NCBI GenBank assembly: GCA_027006785.1
Contig: JALTFR010000032.1
Coordinates: forward strand, 67,685 to 131,684
Length of the DNA: 64,000 nucleotides
Source of the DNA: Thermoplasmata archaeon
GTDB taxonomy: Archaea > Thermoplasmatota > Thermoplasmata > WALJ01
Reading direction: 5' to 3'
Made by a program: the position numbers and the translations under genes. The notes under the pieces were generated by a model that worked only from the letters and a program-made list of their open reading frames with translations, was not told the origin of the DNA and did no database searches. Shown one piece after another: positions 1 through 8,828 of the stretch. Each line of letters opens with the position of its first letter. The stretch's first letter is position 1.

Positions 1-2
1 GT

Positions 3-320
3 ATGGGAGGTTGGATTACTACATTAATATTTTATGAATTTCCAGGGATGCCTGGAATTACCAAAGAGATCGTTTCAACAACTATTGGGGCGCTTTCATG
101 GTGGGTTTTTGGAATAGCGGCATTGATTGCGAGTGGTGTGAATCAATCGGCTGCGGAAATATTAGGTCTTATTTCGATGGAATTATCTGTTATTTCATTC
201 ATTACCCTCCTCTATGACTTACCTTTGCTTGCTGGTCAAACTATCGGACAACAAATAGCGTTTGCGTTCGCATCGGTTTTTTCGGCCATAGGAATTGTGT
301 GTGGAAGAATGGCTTTATGA
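3..320 (+). CDS. hypothetical membrane protein, possibly 5'-truncated at the window edge
   Basis: 105-aa ORF with three hydrophobic helices; begins at nt 3 so the true start may lie upstream. Confidence 0.3.
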   Translation: MGGWITTLIFYEFPGMPGITKEIVSTTIGALSWWVFGIAALIASGVNQSAAEILGLISMELSVISFITLLYDLPLLAGQTIGQQIAFAFASVFSAIGIVCGRMAL

Positions 321-955
321 AGGGTGATTCCATGAGAATATGCATAAAAAATAATGTAAAAAAATTTCTAATATCCAAATTATTGTTTTCAATATTCATA
401 TTTTCAATATCTGCTTCCATACCAATTACGCTTTATCTCTTAAAAGGCGAAGAATTTTTTATTATTAATTATGACAATGTATTTACATGGATTTGCATTT
501 TATTTGCTTTCCTTCCACCTATAAAGCTTTTTATGATGTTTTTCAGACTTTTAAGATACGAAAGCCCAATAAAAATTTGTTTTTACTCTACATATTTTGA
601 ATTTATAACCTATAAAAACTGGAAATCAGAGGCCCAATATTCTGATTTTCTCGCAATATTTTATAGAACAGGACAAGTCGGTGTTTCCGAACCATCTAAA
701 ACAAATGTTTCTATAATATACTATCGTGATAGAAAGTTGAAAAAGGTAAATCTCCTTATATTTGAGGATTCTGCCTTTGAACGAGTATTGCAAGAGTACA
801 GAAAATATCTTGAAAATTCTAAGGACGAAAGGAGAGCCCTAGTACTGTATGACATAGCCACCCTGCGAGAGATGGATTATGCCAGAACGAAGGGAAGGCT
901 GGAAGAGTTCATGGAAAAATACCGCGCAAATCGCAAGCTGGAGGAGTTCGAATGA
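299..955 (+). CDS. membrane protein with bacterial PH-like (bPH_2/YdbS-like) domain
   Basis: Two N-terminal TM helices then a beta-rich segment (ICFYSTYFEFITYKNW...IIYYRDRKLKKVNLLIF) typical of membrane-flanked bPH domains. The 5' two-thirds are very AT-rich (~30% GC). Stop overlaps next start (ATGA). Confidence 0.45.
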   Translation: MWKNGFMKGDSMRICIKNNVKKFLISKLLFSIFIFSISASIPITLYLLKGEEFFIINYDNVFTWICILFAFLPPIKLFMMFFRLLRYESPIKICFYSTYFEFITYKNWKSEAQYSDFLAIFYRTGQVGVSEPSKTNVSIIYYRDRKLKKVNLLIFEDSAFERVLQEYRKYLENSKDERRALVLYDIATLREMDYARTKGRLEEFMEKYRANRKLEEFE

Positions 956-1422
956 AAAAGGAAGAAACCGGAAGGGTCATTGAAGAAGTGGGCAATCCGA
1001 GCCTTAAAACTATGAAATGGCTGATACTTGCAGGAACCTTCACCGGAGCAGCGGTTGCGATATTCGCAAGCCTGTTCTCCATGAATGTGGGTCCCGAGGC
1101 CATGCCATTCACGATCATATTCATGGCAAACGCACCACTCTTTATCATAGCCGGCATTCTTGTCTGGCTGTGGTTCTCTTCCAGAGAGATAATACTCTAT
1201 GAAAACGGCATGAAGATTCCAAAGACCAGATTTTCGTCCAGATACATAAGGTATGATGAAGTAAAATCAATCGATCCGTATGCAAGAGGAGGAAAGGTGA
1301 TAATCCGCACAGAAAACGGAGATTTCGAGGTTACAAAGGGAATCATAGAAAAATGGGATGACTTCATCAGGGTTTTAAAAGACAAAGGACTTATAAATGA
1401 AAACGGAGATGTGAAACCATGA
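952..1422 (+). CDS. membrane protein with bPH_2-like domain
   Basis: Two TM helices followed by YENGMKIPKTRFSSRYIRYDEVKSIDPYARGGKVIIRTENGDFEV, a PH-like beta sandwich pattern; translationally coupled to the upstream paralog. Confidence 0.5.
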   Translation: MKKEETGRVIEEVGNPSLKTMKWLILAGTFTGAAVAIFASLFSMNVGPEAMPFTIIFMANAPLFIIAGILVWLWFSSREIILYENGMKIPKTRFSSRYIRYDEVKSIDPYARGGKVIIRTENGDFEVTKGIIEKWDDFIRVLKDKGLINENGDVKP

Positions 1423-1596
1423 ACTTCCCAGCATTCTATAAACCTGAATTCCTCTCCTTCGCCCAACCCCTCGATACACAGAATTGCATCGATTCCTCTT
1501 CCTTCTCTTTCTACTACACAACCGCCCCCTCCACAGACAACTCAATCGAAGCGGGCATGAACAAGCATGCATAGTTTCAAGTCCCCTTCTCAATCT

Positions 1597-2034
1597 TCAT
1601 TCGAACAGTATCTCTATCCTCTTCACCCTCGACACCGGAACCCTTTCCTTTCCGTTCTTCACCATGCTTATCAGTTCCATCCTTCTCATTACCGTCAGGT
1701 CGTAGTAGATGTTCTTGTAGTCACGGGAGAGAGCGCTCGCCAGTTCCTTTATTGACCTCACCCTGTTCTTCTGAAGGTAGTCAAGTATCTCCACCCTCGT
1801 CTCACCGAGGACCGAGAATATGGAGTAATCGTGGAATATGGTCTCCTCCTCCATCTCGGCGCCTTTGGAGAGCGCCTTTAGAAGCTCGTAGTCGTCCACA
1901 ACCGATGGGGAAGCGCACTTCTCTATGGATGCCTTCTGTCCGAGGGAATCGAGGGAACCGTATTTTCGCATCAGTTCGTCCGCCTTCTCATGGACATATT
2001 CCCCGTCCACCCTGTTCCTGATGATGACCTTCAT
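1597..2034 (-). CDS. winged-helix (ArsR/PadR-like) DNA-binding protein
   Basis: C-terminal wHTH-like segment GETRVEILDYLQKNRVRSIKELASALSRDYKNIYYDLTVMRRMELI; start overlaps the stop of the upstream ORF (ATGA). Confidence 0.5.
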   Translation of the reverse strand: MKVIIRNRVDGEYVHEKADELMRKYGSLDSLGQKASIEKCASPSVVDDYELLKALSKGAEMEEETIFHDYSIFSVLGETRVEILDYLQKNRVRSIKELASALSRDYKNIYYDLTVMRRMELISMVKNGKERVPVSRVKRIEILFE

Positions 2035-2333
2035 GCCAGGTCCTCCAGGGACATGGCCGCCAGGTTCCTTCTGAATATCCTGACCAGCCTCTCGATCTCA
2101 TCCAGTTCCTTCTCGGGCGTGTTCATCTGCTCGAGGAGCGCTCCGTTCTCGTCGTAGCGGTCCACATGCGGCTGCTGCTGGAAGTTGTCCCACCTGACAT
2201 AGGGCCTCCATCCCCTCTTCGTCTCCACCATGTAGGTGTAGCTGTAGTACTTCCTCCGGCTGCCGTCGTATATCTCTATGGAATCGATTATCTCGTTCCG
2301 GTGTATGTATATCCTCTTCTTCAGGACCTTCAC
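2031..2333 (-). CDS. hypothetical protein (100 aa) coupled to the wHTH gene
   Basis: ORF with no recognisable motif; translational coupling to 1597..2034. Confidence 0.4.
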   Translation of the reverse strand: MKVLKKRIYIHRNEIIDSIEIYDGSRRKYYSYTYMVETKRGWRPYVRWDNFQQQPHVDRYDENGALLEQMNTPEKELDEIERLVRIFRRNLAAMSLEDLA

Positions 2334-2367
2334 GGGAGCGCATATACCCTGCGATATAACAGCTTTC

Positions 2368-4047
2368 CTACATCCTCTCCAGCACCCTTATTCCGAGGGC
2401 ATCCATCCCCGCCCTCATCACCTTTCTGAAGGAATCCGTGAGAGTGAGGCGCGCATCCCTCTTTTCCGAGCTCAGGACAGGATAGTCCCTGTAGAAGTCG
2501 TTGAACATGGAGGCAAGGTCCCTCAAATATGCCGCAAGGATGTGCGGCTTCTTTTTCTCCGCAGCCTCCTCTATCACCGCAGGATATTCCGCCATCTTTC
2601 TCAGCAATCTCCATTCCCCGTCCTCTTCCGCCGAGAACACCCTCTCGAAATCCCCTGCCTTCCTTATGATGCTCGATGCCCTTGCATAGGAATACTGTAT
2701 GAAGGGAGCGCTCTCCCCCTCGAAGTTCAGGGCATCCTCCCATTTGAAGACCATCCTTTTCTCGGGCTGAACCCGTATGATGTTGTACCTTATGGCAGAC
2801 ACCCCGACCGCCTCGGCTATCTCCCTCATCTCATCCTCGGAAAGGTCGTCCCTGCGCTTCCTGACCTCCTCTAACGCACGCTCTACGGCCTCGTCCATCA
2901 GGTCGTCGAGATAGACCACCCTTCCCTTTCTGGTGCTCATCCTCCCCTCGGGCAGGCCGACGAATGCGTAGAACATGACATCCGGCTCCCTTGCCCCCAG
3001 CATATTGAGCATTATGCTGACCGCCTTCGATTGAAGCCTGTGGTCCTCTCCCAGCACATCCAGCATCCTGTCGGACCTATTTCCCTTGTCAATGTGGTAT
3101 GCCACATCCCTCGTGGAATACAGGCTGGTCCCATCGGAACGGGTTATGAAGAATCGAGTGTCCTTTCCGGATACGCCGTAATCGGCGAGGTCTATGTAGA
3201 GCGCTCCGCTTTCATCTTTTTGAAGCACTCCCTTCGATTTCAGCCCTTCTATGACCTCATCAACCTTTCCCGAGAACACGATGTCCGACTCGTATGCAAG
3301 GTTGTCCAGCTCTATTCCCAGCCTTTTCAGGCTCATGAGTATTCCGGACATCATCTCATTGACCGTTTTCCTGACCTTCTCCCTTATCTCCGCATCTCCG
3401 TTCTCGTATCTCCTTATCCAGTCGGATATGCTCTCCTTTGCCTCCTCATCGCTCTCCATGAGCTCATTGACCCTCTGGTAGTGCTTAACATAGAGGTAGT
3501 CGGCTCGTTCTTCTGCTTCTCCGAACCTCTCGACCCCCCATGCGACCATGACCGCCTGCTTTCCGACATCATCCACATAGTACTCTGTTTCCACATCATA
3601 ACCTGCGGCCCGCATTATCCTTGCCGTGGTGTCCCCGATTATCGGGTTCCTCGCCCTTCCCACATGCAGAGGCCCTGTGGGGTTCGCGCTCGTATGTTCC
3701 AGAAGTACCTTCTCCTTCCTCTTATTTCCCCTGAAAATGGAAGCATCGTCTATGGCGGACAGCACGGCATCGGAGAACGCCTTTCTCGAGAGATTGAAAT
3801 TCAGGTACGGCCCCTGGGAAGAAACGGATTCAACAATATCGTTAGCAACGAAGCCATCGGCCAGCACCTTCGCTATCTCAACAGGGTTCTTTTTCATCGT
3901 CTTCGCAATTCTGAAGCAGGGGAGCGCCACATCCCCGGCACCTTCCGGGGCCGGCTGTATGTCCAGCGCTCCATCGTAGCCCAGTTCTTCAAGCCCTTTC
4001 TTCAGCGATTCCCTGACCGATTCTATAACAAGTTCATTCGGGTTCAT
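2368..4047 (-). CDS. argS: arginyl-tRNA synthetase
   Basis: HVGRARN (HIGH-class I motif variant typical of ArgRS), anticodon-binding DALR-like C-terminus. Start chosen at MNPNELVIESV (M32 of the listed ORF) because upstream residues are Arg-rich junk and overlap the KH gene. Confidence 0.9.
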   Translation of the reverse strand: MNPNELVIESVRESLKKGLEELGYDGALDIQPAPEGAGDVALPCFRIAKTMKKNPVEIAKVLADGFVANDIVESVSSQGPYLNFNLSRKAFSDAVLSAIDDASIFRGNKRKEKVLLEHTSANPTGPLHVGRARNPIIGDTTARIMRAAGYDVETEYYVDDVGKQAVMVAWGVERFGEAEERADYLYVKHYQRVNELMESDEEAKESISDWIRRYENGDAEIREKVRKTVNEMMSGILMSLKRLGIELDNLAYESDIVFSGKVDEVIEGLKSKGVLQKDESGALYIDLADYGVSGKDTRFFITRSDGTSLYSTRDVAYHIDKGNRSDRMLDVLGEDHRLQSKAVSIMLNMLGAREPDVMFYAFVGLPEGRMSTRKGRVVYLDDLMDEAVERALEEVRKRRDDLSEDEMREIAEAVGVSAIRYNIIRVQPEKRMVFKWEDALNFEGESAPFIQYSYARASSIIRKAGDFERVFSAEEDGEWRLLRKMAEYPAVIEEAAEKKKPHILAAYLRDLASMFNDFYRDYPVLSSEKRDARLTLTDSFRKVMRAGMDALGIRVLERM

Positions 4048-4660
4048 CCTCACCCATCTCCTCGTACTCTTCATCATATTCTTCATCGTCTTCCGGTTCC
4101 GGCCTCTCCCTCTCCTCATAATACACACCCATCTCAGCAATCTTTATGTCCATCCTCCTGCGCTCCAGATAACGATATACCGTCGAGTGCTCGCTTCCGC
4201 TGAGAAGCATCACAACAGCGTTCTTAGCTATGTCCATCTCGAGAAAATCCCCTATTATTCCCACTGTGTTCCCGTAGACCGAGACCTCTGCACCGCTCAT
4301 CTCCTCTATCAGCCTGCGAGTCTTCCCCTTTGTGCCTATAACCCTTCCCCTGAGCCGCATCACAGAGTTCTTCTTCTTTCCCGAGAAATCACGGATATCT
4401 ATTATCTCAAGGTAGACATCATCGTCCATCAGGCGCATCGCTTTTTCAGGCGAGAATCCCCTTCCTATTGCCCTTATTATGCTCACGGCCTTCATTCCGT
4501 TCAGAGGGTCCTTTGACTCCGATTCGTCTATGCTGACCTCTCCGTCCTTGGAATCTATGAAGATGCGCACATCGGCCCTTTTCTCTATCATCTCCTTTGT
4601 GCCACCATCCCTGCCGATTATGACCGCAACCCTGTCCTTCGGAACCCTGACATAGTACAT
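4034..4660 (-). CDS. KH-domain RNA-binding protein (Dim2/Pno1-like ribosome biogenesis factor) with acidic C-terminal tail
   Basis: VIIGRDGGTKEMIEKRADVRI and RLRGRVIGTKGKTRRLIEEMSGAEV are GXXG KH motifs; sits in the conserved archaeal aIF1A-Rio1-KH cluster. Confidence 0.8.
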   Translation of the reverse strand: MYYVRVPKDRVAVIIGRDGGTKEMIEKRADVRIFIDSKDGEVSIDESESKDPLNGMKAVSIIRAIGRGFSPEKAMRLMDDDVYLEIIDIRDFSGKKKNSVMRLRGRVIGTKGKTRRLIEEMSGAEVSVYGNTVGIIGDFLEMDIAKNAVVMLLSGSEHSTVYRYLERRRMDIKIAEMGVYYEERERPEPEDDEEYDEEYEEMGEDEPE

Positions 4661-4661
4661 A

Positions 4662-5423
4662 CTAATCCCTCACTTTCCTCATGATATCATTCTCATCCAC
4701 ATCCAGACCCTTCTTCCTGAAATAGCGGGCGACATTGCGCACATCCCTTTCAAGCAGTTCCGATGATGCGGGATGCTTCAGATGCACTGCCTGTGACACA
4801 TCTATGAGAACGAAGGAATCTCCATCCACAAGTATGTTGTACTCGCTTATGTCACCGTGCACGAGCTTCGCATCCCTGTACATCCTTCCCATGGCATCCA
4901 CTATGAAATCAAATCCCTTCTCCACATCGAAGTCCGCATCTTTCATCAATGGGGCTGGCCTTTCATCATCCCCGATGTACTCCATCACAAGGACATTGTC
5001 CTTCTGGGATATCGGAATGGGAACCCTCACGCCTGCACCCACCATCCTCTCTAAGTTGCTGAACTCCTTCATGGACCACCTGTAGACGAGCCTGCGCCTG
5101 TCGTGCGATATCCCCTTGAACCTCGGGTCGCCCTCTATGTACATCCTCATCTTACGGAAATTGCTGGTCGCTATGCGGTATATCTTCACTGCAACCATGC
5201 TTCCCTTCTGATCTACGGCCCTGAACACATTGGCCTCCTTGCCCGTTGATATGGGAAAATCTATACTGTCAATATAGCCCCTGCTCATCAGGTAGTAGAT
5301 GGCCATAACGGTGGAATGGTCGAATACCTCGCTTTCCGTCTTTCTATCTATATCAAGAAAATCCCTGCGGACAGACTGTGAAAGCCTCGATTCTATGTAT
5401 TCTACCGCTTCTTCGTACTTCAT
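4662..5423 (-). CDS. rio1: RIO-type serine/threonine protein kinase (Rio1-like, no N-terminal wHTH)
   Basis: STGKEANVF (ATP-binding loop), LVHGDISEYNILV (catalytic loop), IDVSQAV (metal-binding) motifs. Confidence 0.85.
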   Translation of the reverse strand: MKYEEAVEYIESRLSQSVRRDFLDIDRKTESEVFDHSTVMAIYYLMSRGYIDSIDFPISTGKEANVFRAVDQKGSMVAVKIYRIATSNFRKMRMYIEGDPRFKGISHDRRRLVYRWSMKEFSNLERMVGAGVRVPIPISQKDNVLVMEYIGDDERPAPLMKDADFDVEKGFDFIVDAMGRMYRDAKLVHGDISEYNILVDGDSFVLIDVSQAVHLKHPASSELLERDVRNVARYFRKKGLDVDENDIMRKVRD

Positions 5424-5425
5424 GT

Positions 5426-5779
5426 TCAGAATACATCCAGAACAGGCGGTATATATCCCTTTCTTTTCATCGCCTGGACCTGCGTGCCCGTGTACCTGTA
5501 GATTATGTCCGCTTTCTCGGGCTGGAAGTCCCAGGGCTTCACAATAAGAAGGTCACCTTCCCTGACCCACATTCTCTTTTTGAATCTACCGGGAACCCTT
5601 CCCATCCTTGAAACTCCGTCCTCACATACCACGTCTATGTGGCTGGCTCCGTTCAGCCTGTGGGCTATCGCCATCAGTTCTCCTTTGTGCTTTTTTGGGA
5701 GTGGGAACCTCACTACCTCTTCGGGGTTATCATCAGTCACGTTTATCCATCGTATCTCAGCTTTCAGGTATATAAGCAT
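5426..5779 (-). CDS. eif1a: translation initiation factor aIF-1A
   Basis: KGELMAIAHRLNGASHIDVVCEDGVSRMGRVPGRFKKRMWVREGDLLIV is the S1/OB-fold core of eIF1A. Confidence 0.85.
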   Translation of the reverse strand: MLIYLKAEIRWINVTDDNPEEVVRFPLPKKHKGELMAIAHRLNGASHIDVVCEDGVSRMGRVPGRFKKRMWVREGDLLIVKPWDFQPEKADIIYRYTGTQVQAMKRKGYIPPVLDVF

Positions 5780-5868
5780 ATCTATAAGTCAGAATGTGAA
5801 CGAAAGCCTGCGATAAAGAATAAATACACCCTGTGATTGGTGGGATAAAAGCACAAGAGAGTGAGAAA

Positions 5869-6675
5869 ATGATAAGACAGTGTGAGGAGCACGGCTACTT
5901 CAGAGGTGAAGTGTGCCCTGTGTGTGGAATGGAAGGGAAGTTCATTCTCAACGACTACGAGACAGAACGCCTGGGGAAGACCTTAGCGGGAGCGCTCCGC
6001 CATTTTCCCGAGAAATTCGACCTTACGATGGACCCGAAGGGATGGGTGGATGTCAGGCAGTTCGTCAATGCTGTCCGCTCAAGGCAGAGAAAGTTCAAGT
6101 GGTTGAGGCCATATCATATAGTTGCGCTCATAACCACAGACCCCAAGGGGAGATATCAATACAAGGACGGGTACATAAGGGCGACATACGGCCACACGAT
6201 TGATGTGGATCTGGACCTTCCGACAGACGACATTCCCGAGATACTCTACTATCCGGCTACAGAGGAGGAGAAGGACTTCCTTCTGGAAACCGGGCTCAGG
6301 CCATCAGGCAGGATATTCGTTCACATGAGTTCTACCCTTGAATCAGCGGTAGAGGCCGGAAAGGTCAGGACACCGAGGCCTGTTGTTTTTGAGATAAATA
6401 CTGCAGCTGCAATCGAATCGGGTGTCGTGATAATGCATGCTGCCCCGAGGATATACATCACGAAGGAGATTCCTCCGGAGTTCATAAAGGAAGTGGAGGT
6501 TCCCGAGGAGCTTCTTGATGTCGAAGAGGTTCCCGAGGAGGTCAAAGCCGCAGAGGGGGAATCCGGAGAATCAGTTGATGAAGAGGATATGGGCACACAG
6601 GAGGCCTCAGAGAACGATGTTTCCGCTGATGAAGAGGATGAATATGCAGAAGAAGATTCCGGCGACACGGAATAG
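5869..6675 (+). CDS. kptA: RNA 2'-phosphotransferase KptA/Tpt1 with N-terminal Cys4 ribbon and long acidic C-terminal extension
   Basis: LGKTLAGALRHFPEKF...WVDVRQF...GHTIDVDLDL...IFVHMSS motifs of Tpt1. Start placed at MIRQCEEHG (an in-frame ATG at 5833 is an alternative). C-terminal ~70 aa are Glu/Asp-rich with a duplicated VEVPEE unit. Confidence 0.8.
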   Translation: MIRQCEEHGYFRGEVCPVCGMEGKFILNDYETERLGKTLAGALRHFPEKFDLTMDPKGWVDVRQFVNAVRSRQRKFKWLRPYHIVALITTDPKGRYQYKDGYIRATYGHTIDVDLDLPTDDIPEILYYPATEEEKDFLLETGLRPSGRIFVHMSSTLESAVEAGKVRTPRPVVFEINTAAAIESGVVIMHAAPRIYITKEIPPEFIKEVEVPEELLDVEEVPEEVKAAEGESGESVDEEDMGTQEASENDVSADEEDEYAEEDSGDTE

Positions 6676-6725
6676 ATACACAAGTTTAATAAACGGAGAG
6701 ATCCATATCATACCGAGGTGATGAA

Positions 6726-7853
6726 ATGGTAAAGGCAGAACTTACGAAGGTAAGGGATTTTCTTGAGAAGGATTTTGAGAAGATAGACAGAGATGAAAGC
6801 ATATCGGTGCTCACGGGAAAGCTCAGAAGAAAGGACATACAGGAAGCCGTTGTTATAGATGGGAAGAGGCCTGCAGGCGTAATAAGTTATGACATACTCA
6901 TGAGAAGAGGCAACCTTCCGATGAGCGCAAAGGTGGGGCATTTCATGGTCTCACCACCGACTCTGGCCCCCGATAACAATTTCATAGATGCATGCGAGGC
7001 CCTATTCAGCTCCGGTCTGAGGATAATACCGGTCGAGGAGAAAGGAAAGCTGGAGGGCGTTGTTACAAGAAGATCCGTGATAAGAGTGGTTCCTAGGATA
7101 GACGAAATCGCATCAATAAAAGCCAGAGAGGTCATGAGCCACCGCCCTGTCGTAGCGGGAGAGAAAGATGACATCATGAAGGTAAAATCCATAATGGTGG
7201 AGCACGACATAAAGGCAGTTCCTGTTGTAAATGAGGACGGGGAACTGATCGGTGTGGTTGGTCTGAAGGATATAGCGGAGACCGTACTGAGGGACAAGCA
7301 GAGGGCTACATATGGTGATGCATCAGGAAACAGAGAGAAGGTCAACATACCTGTGAAAAGCATAATGCATGTGCATCCGATATTCGTGGGCCCCGGCAAG
7401 ACGCTGGGAGAGATAGCCAAACTGATGATAGACAATAAGATTGGCGGAATAATCATAACCGAGGGCAAGAAGCCTGTTGGAATAGTCCACCAGATAGACA
7501 TAATCGAGACAGCCGCAAACCTTGCACCCCGCGAAGGGGTTTATGTCCAGATATCGGGTGTAGAGGAGGCCGGCGAGGTCTATGACGAACTCTACGAGCT
7601 GATAGAGAAGTCCATGAAGAAGATAGTGGAGATAATCCCTCCAAGGATACTGAACGTACATGTTGTCCATCACCATGACCGTGAGGGCATAAACTACACC
7701 ATCAGGCTCAGGATGACCACCGAGAAGAAGACCTACTATGCGAGCCAGGACGACTGGAACATATTCAGAGCGCTCTCCATGGCACTGGAGGACCTTGAAA
7801 GGCAGGTCAAGAAGGACAAGGAGAAGTACATGGATGCCAGAAGGAAACCCTGA
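6726..7853 (+). CDS. CBS-domain protein (four CBS modules)
   Basis: Repeated CBS pairs (e.g. VMSHRPVVAGEKDDIMKVKSIMVEHDIKAVPVVNEDGELIGVVGLKDI). Confidence 0.7.
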   Translation: MVKAELTKVRDFLEKDFEKIDRDESISVLTGKLRRKDIQEAVVIDGKRPAGVISYDILMRRGNLPMSAKVGHFMVSPPTLAPDNNFIDACEALFSSGLRIIPVEEKGKLEGVVTRRSVIRVVPRIDEIASIKAREVMSHRPVVAGEKDDIMKVKSIMVEHDIKAVPVVNEDGELIGVVGLKDIAETVLRDKQRATYGDASGNREKVNIPVKSIMHVHPIFVGPGKTLGEIAKLMIDNKIGGIIITEGKKPVGIVHQIDIIETAANLAPREGVYVQISGVEEAGEVYDELYELIEKSMKKIVEIIPPRILNVHVVHHHDREGINYTIRLRMTTEKKTYYASQDDWNIFRALSMALEDLERQVKKDKEKYMDARRKP

Positions 7854-8244
7854 GATAATCGGCACAACAGCGGTCAAGGACACTGAAACCCTGCTTTCGA
7901 GGATAGGGCCCGACATCATCATAGACGCAGCGGTGGCATGTGGAAGGGCCCACATCATTTTCTCATATTTTCGGGCATTGCGCAATGTGGAGCGGAGGAC
8001 TGCAAAGGGAAGCAGCCTTGCAACAGAGTTCTTCAGGCAGATAACAGGAGAAAGGCAGGTCTCATCGGCCATAAAGAAGGCGAGGATAAAGGAAGGGAAT
8101 CCGGCGGTAGTAATAACTCACAGACAGCCTGAAGATGTCCTGAAAACGCTCGGGCTTGAAAGAGATGACTCGGTCATAGGATGCAATGGAGAGAACTGTG
8201 AGGAAGAATGCCTTGAGAGGAGCGCTCTGGTGGAGATACTGTGA
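7834..8244 (+). CDS. cgi121: KEOPS complex subunit Cgi121
   Basis: LATEFFRQITGERQVSSAIKKARIKEGNPAVVI...DDSVIGCNGENCEE resembles archaeal Cgi121 (compared from memory with the M. jannaschii sequence SGQRQIHEAIKIIGAKDGNVCLI...DDSVLEIN). Start placed at MPEGNPEII inside the longer listed ORF; overlaps the CBS gene end by 20 nt. Confidence 0.6.
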   Translation: MPEGNPEIIGTTAVKDTETLLSRIGPDIIIDAAVACGRAHIIFSYFRALRNVERRTAKGSSLATEFFRQITGERQVSSAIKKARIKEGNPAVVITHRQPEDVLKTLGLERDDSVIGCNGENCEEECLERSALVEIL

Positions 8245-8828
8245 GCTTCATAGTTATAGATGGTATTGACGGGTGCGGAAAGAGCAGCCATGCGAGATCC
8301 CTAGTATCGTACCTGAGAAGGAAGGGAAGGGAGGTCCTGTTCCTGAAGGAGCCGACAGGTGAAAGCCCTGCGGGAAAGAGGCTTGCCGAGGCGCTCAAAA
8401 GCAACAACAGGCCCTCGCCTGACGAGGAACTGAGGCTGTTCATAGGGGACAGGAGATGGGATGTCGAGAACCGGATACTGCCTGCGCTGAAAGAGGGAAA
8501 GGACATCGTCATGGACAGGTACTACTACAGCACAATTGCATATCAGGGCGCCAGAGGTATGGACATCGAGGAAATAAGAAGGATGAACGATTTCGCGCCT
8601 GTTCCAGACCTTGCGATAATACTTGACATAGACCCGGAGATAGCCGGGGAGCGCATAAACCGCAGGGGAAAGGGAGATTACTTCGAGGATCTCGATTACC
8701 TGAGGAAGGTCAGGGAGATATTCCTTTCAATGAAGGATATGCCGGAGGTCGTTATAATAGATTCCTCTGGCCCGTATCAGGATACGCAAAAAAGGATAAA
8801 AGAGGTTGTTGAAGGCATCATTCGCTGA
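8241..8828 (+). CDS. tmk: thymidylate kinase
   Basis: P-loop GIDGCGKSS, DRY motif (VMDRYYYST), lid region; GTG start overlapping the Cgi121 stop. Confidence 0.85.
   Translation: MSFIVIDGIDGCGKSSHARSLVSYLRRKGREVLFLKEPTGESPAGKRLAEALKSNNRPSPDEELRLFIGDRRWDVENRILPALKEGKDIVMDRYYYSTIAYQGARGMDIEEIRRMNDFAPVPDLAIILDIDPEIAGERINRRGKGDYFEDLDYLRKVREIFLSMKDMPEVVIIDSSGPYQDTQKRIKEVVEGIIR

Noticed and set aside
3031-4203. 390-aa ORF on the + strand
   Set aside because: Lies entirely antisense to the well-supported argS/KH genes; composition typical of an antisense shadow ORF.
7323-8072. 249-aa minus-strand ORF
   Set aside because: Antisense to the CBS and Cgi121 genes with no motif support.
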